Assembly (NCBI RefSeq): GCF_004010195.1
Contig: NC_057760.1
Location: 2,953,022-2,988,096, forward strand
Direction: 5' to 3'
Source: Chiloscyllium plagiosum
Taxonomy: Eukaryota
Length of the DNA: 35,075 bases
Both the position numbers and the translations under genes were made by a program. Below, one piece after another: positions 33,374-35,075 of the stretch; the first letter of the stretch is position 1; every line of letters begins with the position of its first letter. The notes below the pieces were generated by a model. That model saw nothing but the letters and a program-made list of their open reading frames with translations. It made no database searches and was not told the origin of the DNA.

Positions 33374-34093
33374 ACGGTTACCTCGCTCTCTGCCCGGTCT
33401 CTATCTCTGGGGTCTCCCTGTACACTGAGTGCCTGCAATGTGGTGCTGTTCCTGGTAACTACTTCAGCGGGTCAGGAAGAGCAGAGAGCTCCATCACAGC
33501 TGATAGTCAGGCTGTACTTCAGTTGCTAGGCTTGTACCTCTTCACCGATCAGTCGGGAGGTGAGGGAGGCTTTGAACTCTGAGGAGAATGACCTCCTCTG
33601 TGAGAGCTGCCTGTCTCTCTCAGGTTGTGGTTTCCTTGAGTATTGAAGACGAGTCGTAGCGTTTCCATGAGGCGTGCCCAGGCCGCACTGTGGATTAATC
33701 AGATTTCTGGCAACTTGAGAGGAACATGCCTGACCCATCGAAGGGAGTGGCAGCAGGAGTAACACAAGTTCCTGCAGCATTTCCTGACAGCTTTGGGCTC
33801 TGTGTGGAAATCCGGAGACTTGAGTCTGTAAAGTAGACGGACCGTGCAGTTAGTCAGATCGTAGCTCAGCATTGGTACAGCGCCGGGGGTCCCAGAGGTG
33901 TAGTGCACGGGTCTGTATATTGGACAGCACTTCACTGAGGAGATGGCAGTTACAGAAGGTGAGTTAACAGTGTGCAGGGAGAACACAGCTTCAAATGACA
34001 GAGCAACAGCTTCCTCTTCCATTCAAATCTCACCAACACCCCTGTGCTAGAGTTCCAACGGACAAACAGCCGTTCACCCGTTGAGTCTACAGT

Positions 34094-34290
34094 TTCTCAC
34101 TGGGGTACGGGGTCCCCCTCCCTCTCCTGAAGGGGCTGTCTCTCGCTGGGGTATGGGGTCCCCTTCCCTCTCCTGAAGGGGCTGCCTCTCTCTGGGGTAT
34201 GGGGTCCCCCTCCCTCTCCTGAAGGGGCTGCCTCTCTCTGGGGTATGGGGTCCCCCTCCCTCTCCTGAAGGGTCTGCCTCTCACTTGGGT
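34094..34290. repeat. Outlying units of the 46-bp minisatellite
   Basis: About 4 units matching 31790-32860. Confidence 0.9.
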
Positions 34291-34885
34291 AAGTGTATTC
34301 AGGTCAGAGTTATGGTCTATGAATGGAGGGGGGTGTTGGACTGTCAGCAGGAGAGGAGGCTTTCAGGGAATCAGTCCGAGGCTGTGGCAGTGTTGCACTG
34401 AAAGGGGGCCTGTGAGAGTGAGCTGTTACTGGAATGTGTCTTCACTGTTCGCAGATTCACAGTGAGCTGCCTGCAACTGTGACAGTACCCTGTCAGTACA
34501 GCCTTCGGATTAATACAGTCACATTGTGGTGCCCTTGGCCTCTTTCATTGTGTTCAGGGAAACAGTTTGATGGCAGCATCGGTTTTAAGAGCCTTTTTGA
34601 GTGCTGTGTACTCTGTGTGTCTCTGTACCCCCATCAGAAGTGAAACTTTCCTCAGTAGTCTGTCTGTTTCTGAATGAAACAGACATTGAATTGGTGCTGA
34701 GCAGGTATAGCAACTGTTAACAGTCCCATCAAACACTCCATGTAACGGTCACCTGCTCGCCAATGGGACTTGGAGTAAAGGCTATGATTATAACTGGACC
34801 ATGCTGGGAATAAACAGCAGAACTGCCAGCTGCCGTACGGAGAGGGCCAAATAATTAATCAGAACTGACTCACTATGCAGATAGG

Positions 34886-35075
34886 TACTACTGGTAGGGA
34901 CAGGTCTGTCACTGTATAACACTGGGGTACAGTACTGGTGGGGACAGGTCTGTCACTGTATAACACTGGGGTACAGTACTGGGGGGGACGAGTCTGTCAC
35001 TGTATAACACTGGGGTATAGTACTGGTGGGGACAGGTCTGTCACTGTATAACACTGGAGTACAGTACTGGTGGGG
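34886..35075. repeat. 44-bp minisatellite (same family as 21470-21986)
   Basis: Same unit; runs off the end of the window. Confidence 0.95.

Noticed and set aside
33526..34022. Minus-strand ORFs of 84 and 107 aa
   Set aside because: No recognisable homology or exon structure.

Overview
Vertebrate genomic DNA, most likely from a shark or ray: it carries HE1/V-SINE-like elements, CR1 and Tx1 LINE fragments and Penelope-like remnants (species not determinable). The window holds the 3' part of a CREB-regulated transcription coactivator gene, best matching CRTC2, on the + strand. Eight GT-AG exons from 4592 to the stop at 20038 join in phase into about 640 aa; the N-terminal exons are not visible. 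Introns and the downstream region are packed with minisatellites (31, 33, 41, 44, 46 bp units), SINEs, LINE fragments and two assembly gaps. A CpG island at about 31.1-31.8 kb probably marks the start of the next gene. The most notable observations are: (1) a ~150-aa Tyr-spaced, Q/S/T-rich prion-like repeat inside CRTC2; (2) a family of minimal hammerhead-ribozyme-like motifs in Penelope-derived termini, several inside TSD-flanked fold-back mini-elements, two of them downstream of the CRTC2 stop; (3) a TSD-bounded Penelope element whose middle is replaced by 1.2 kb of unrelated AT-rich DNA; (4) CRTC1-like segments retained in a CRTC2-like protein; (5) an apparently identical 1060-bp tandem duplication. 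I cannot demonstrate a wholly new biological system. All family assignments are from recall, not from database searches.
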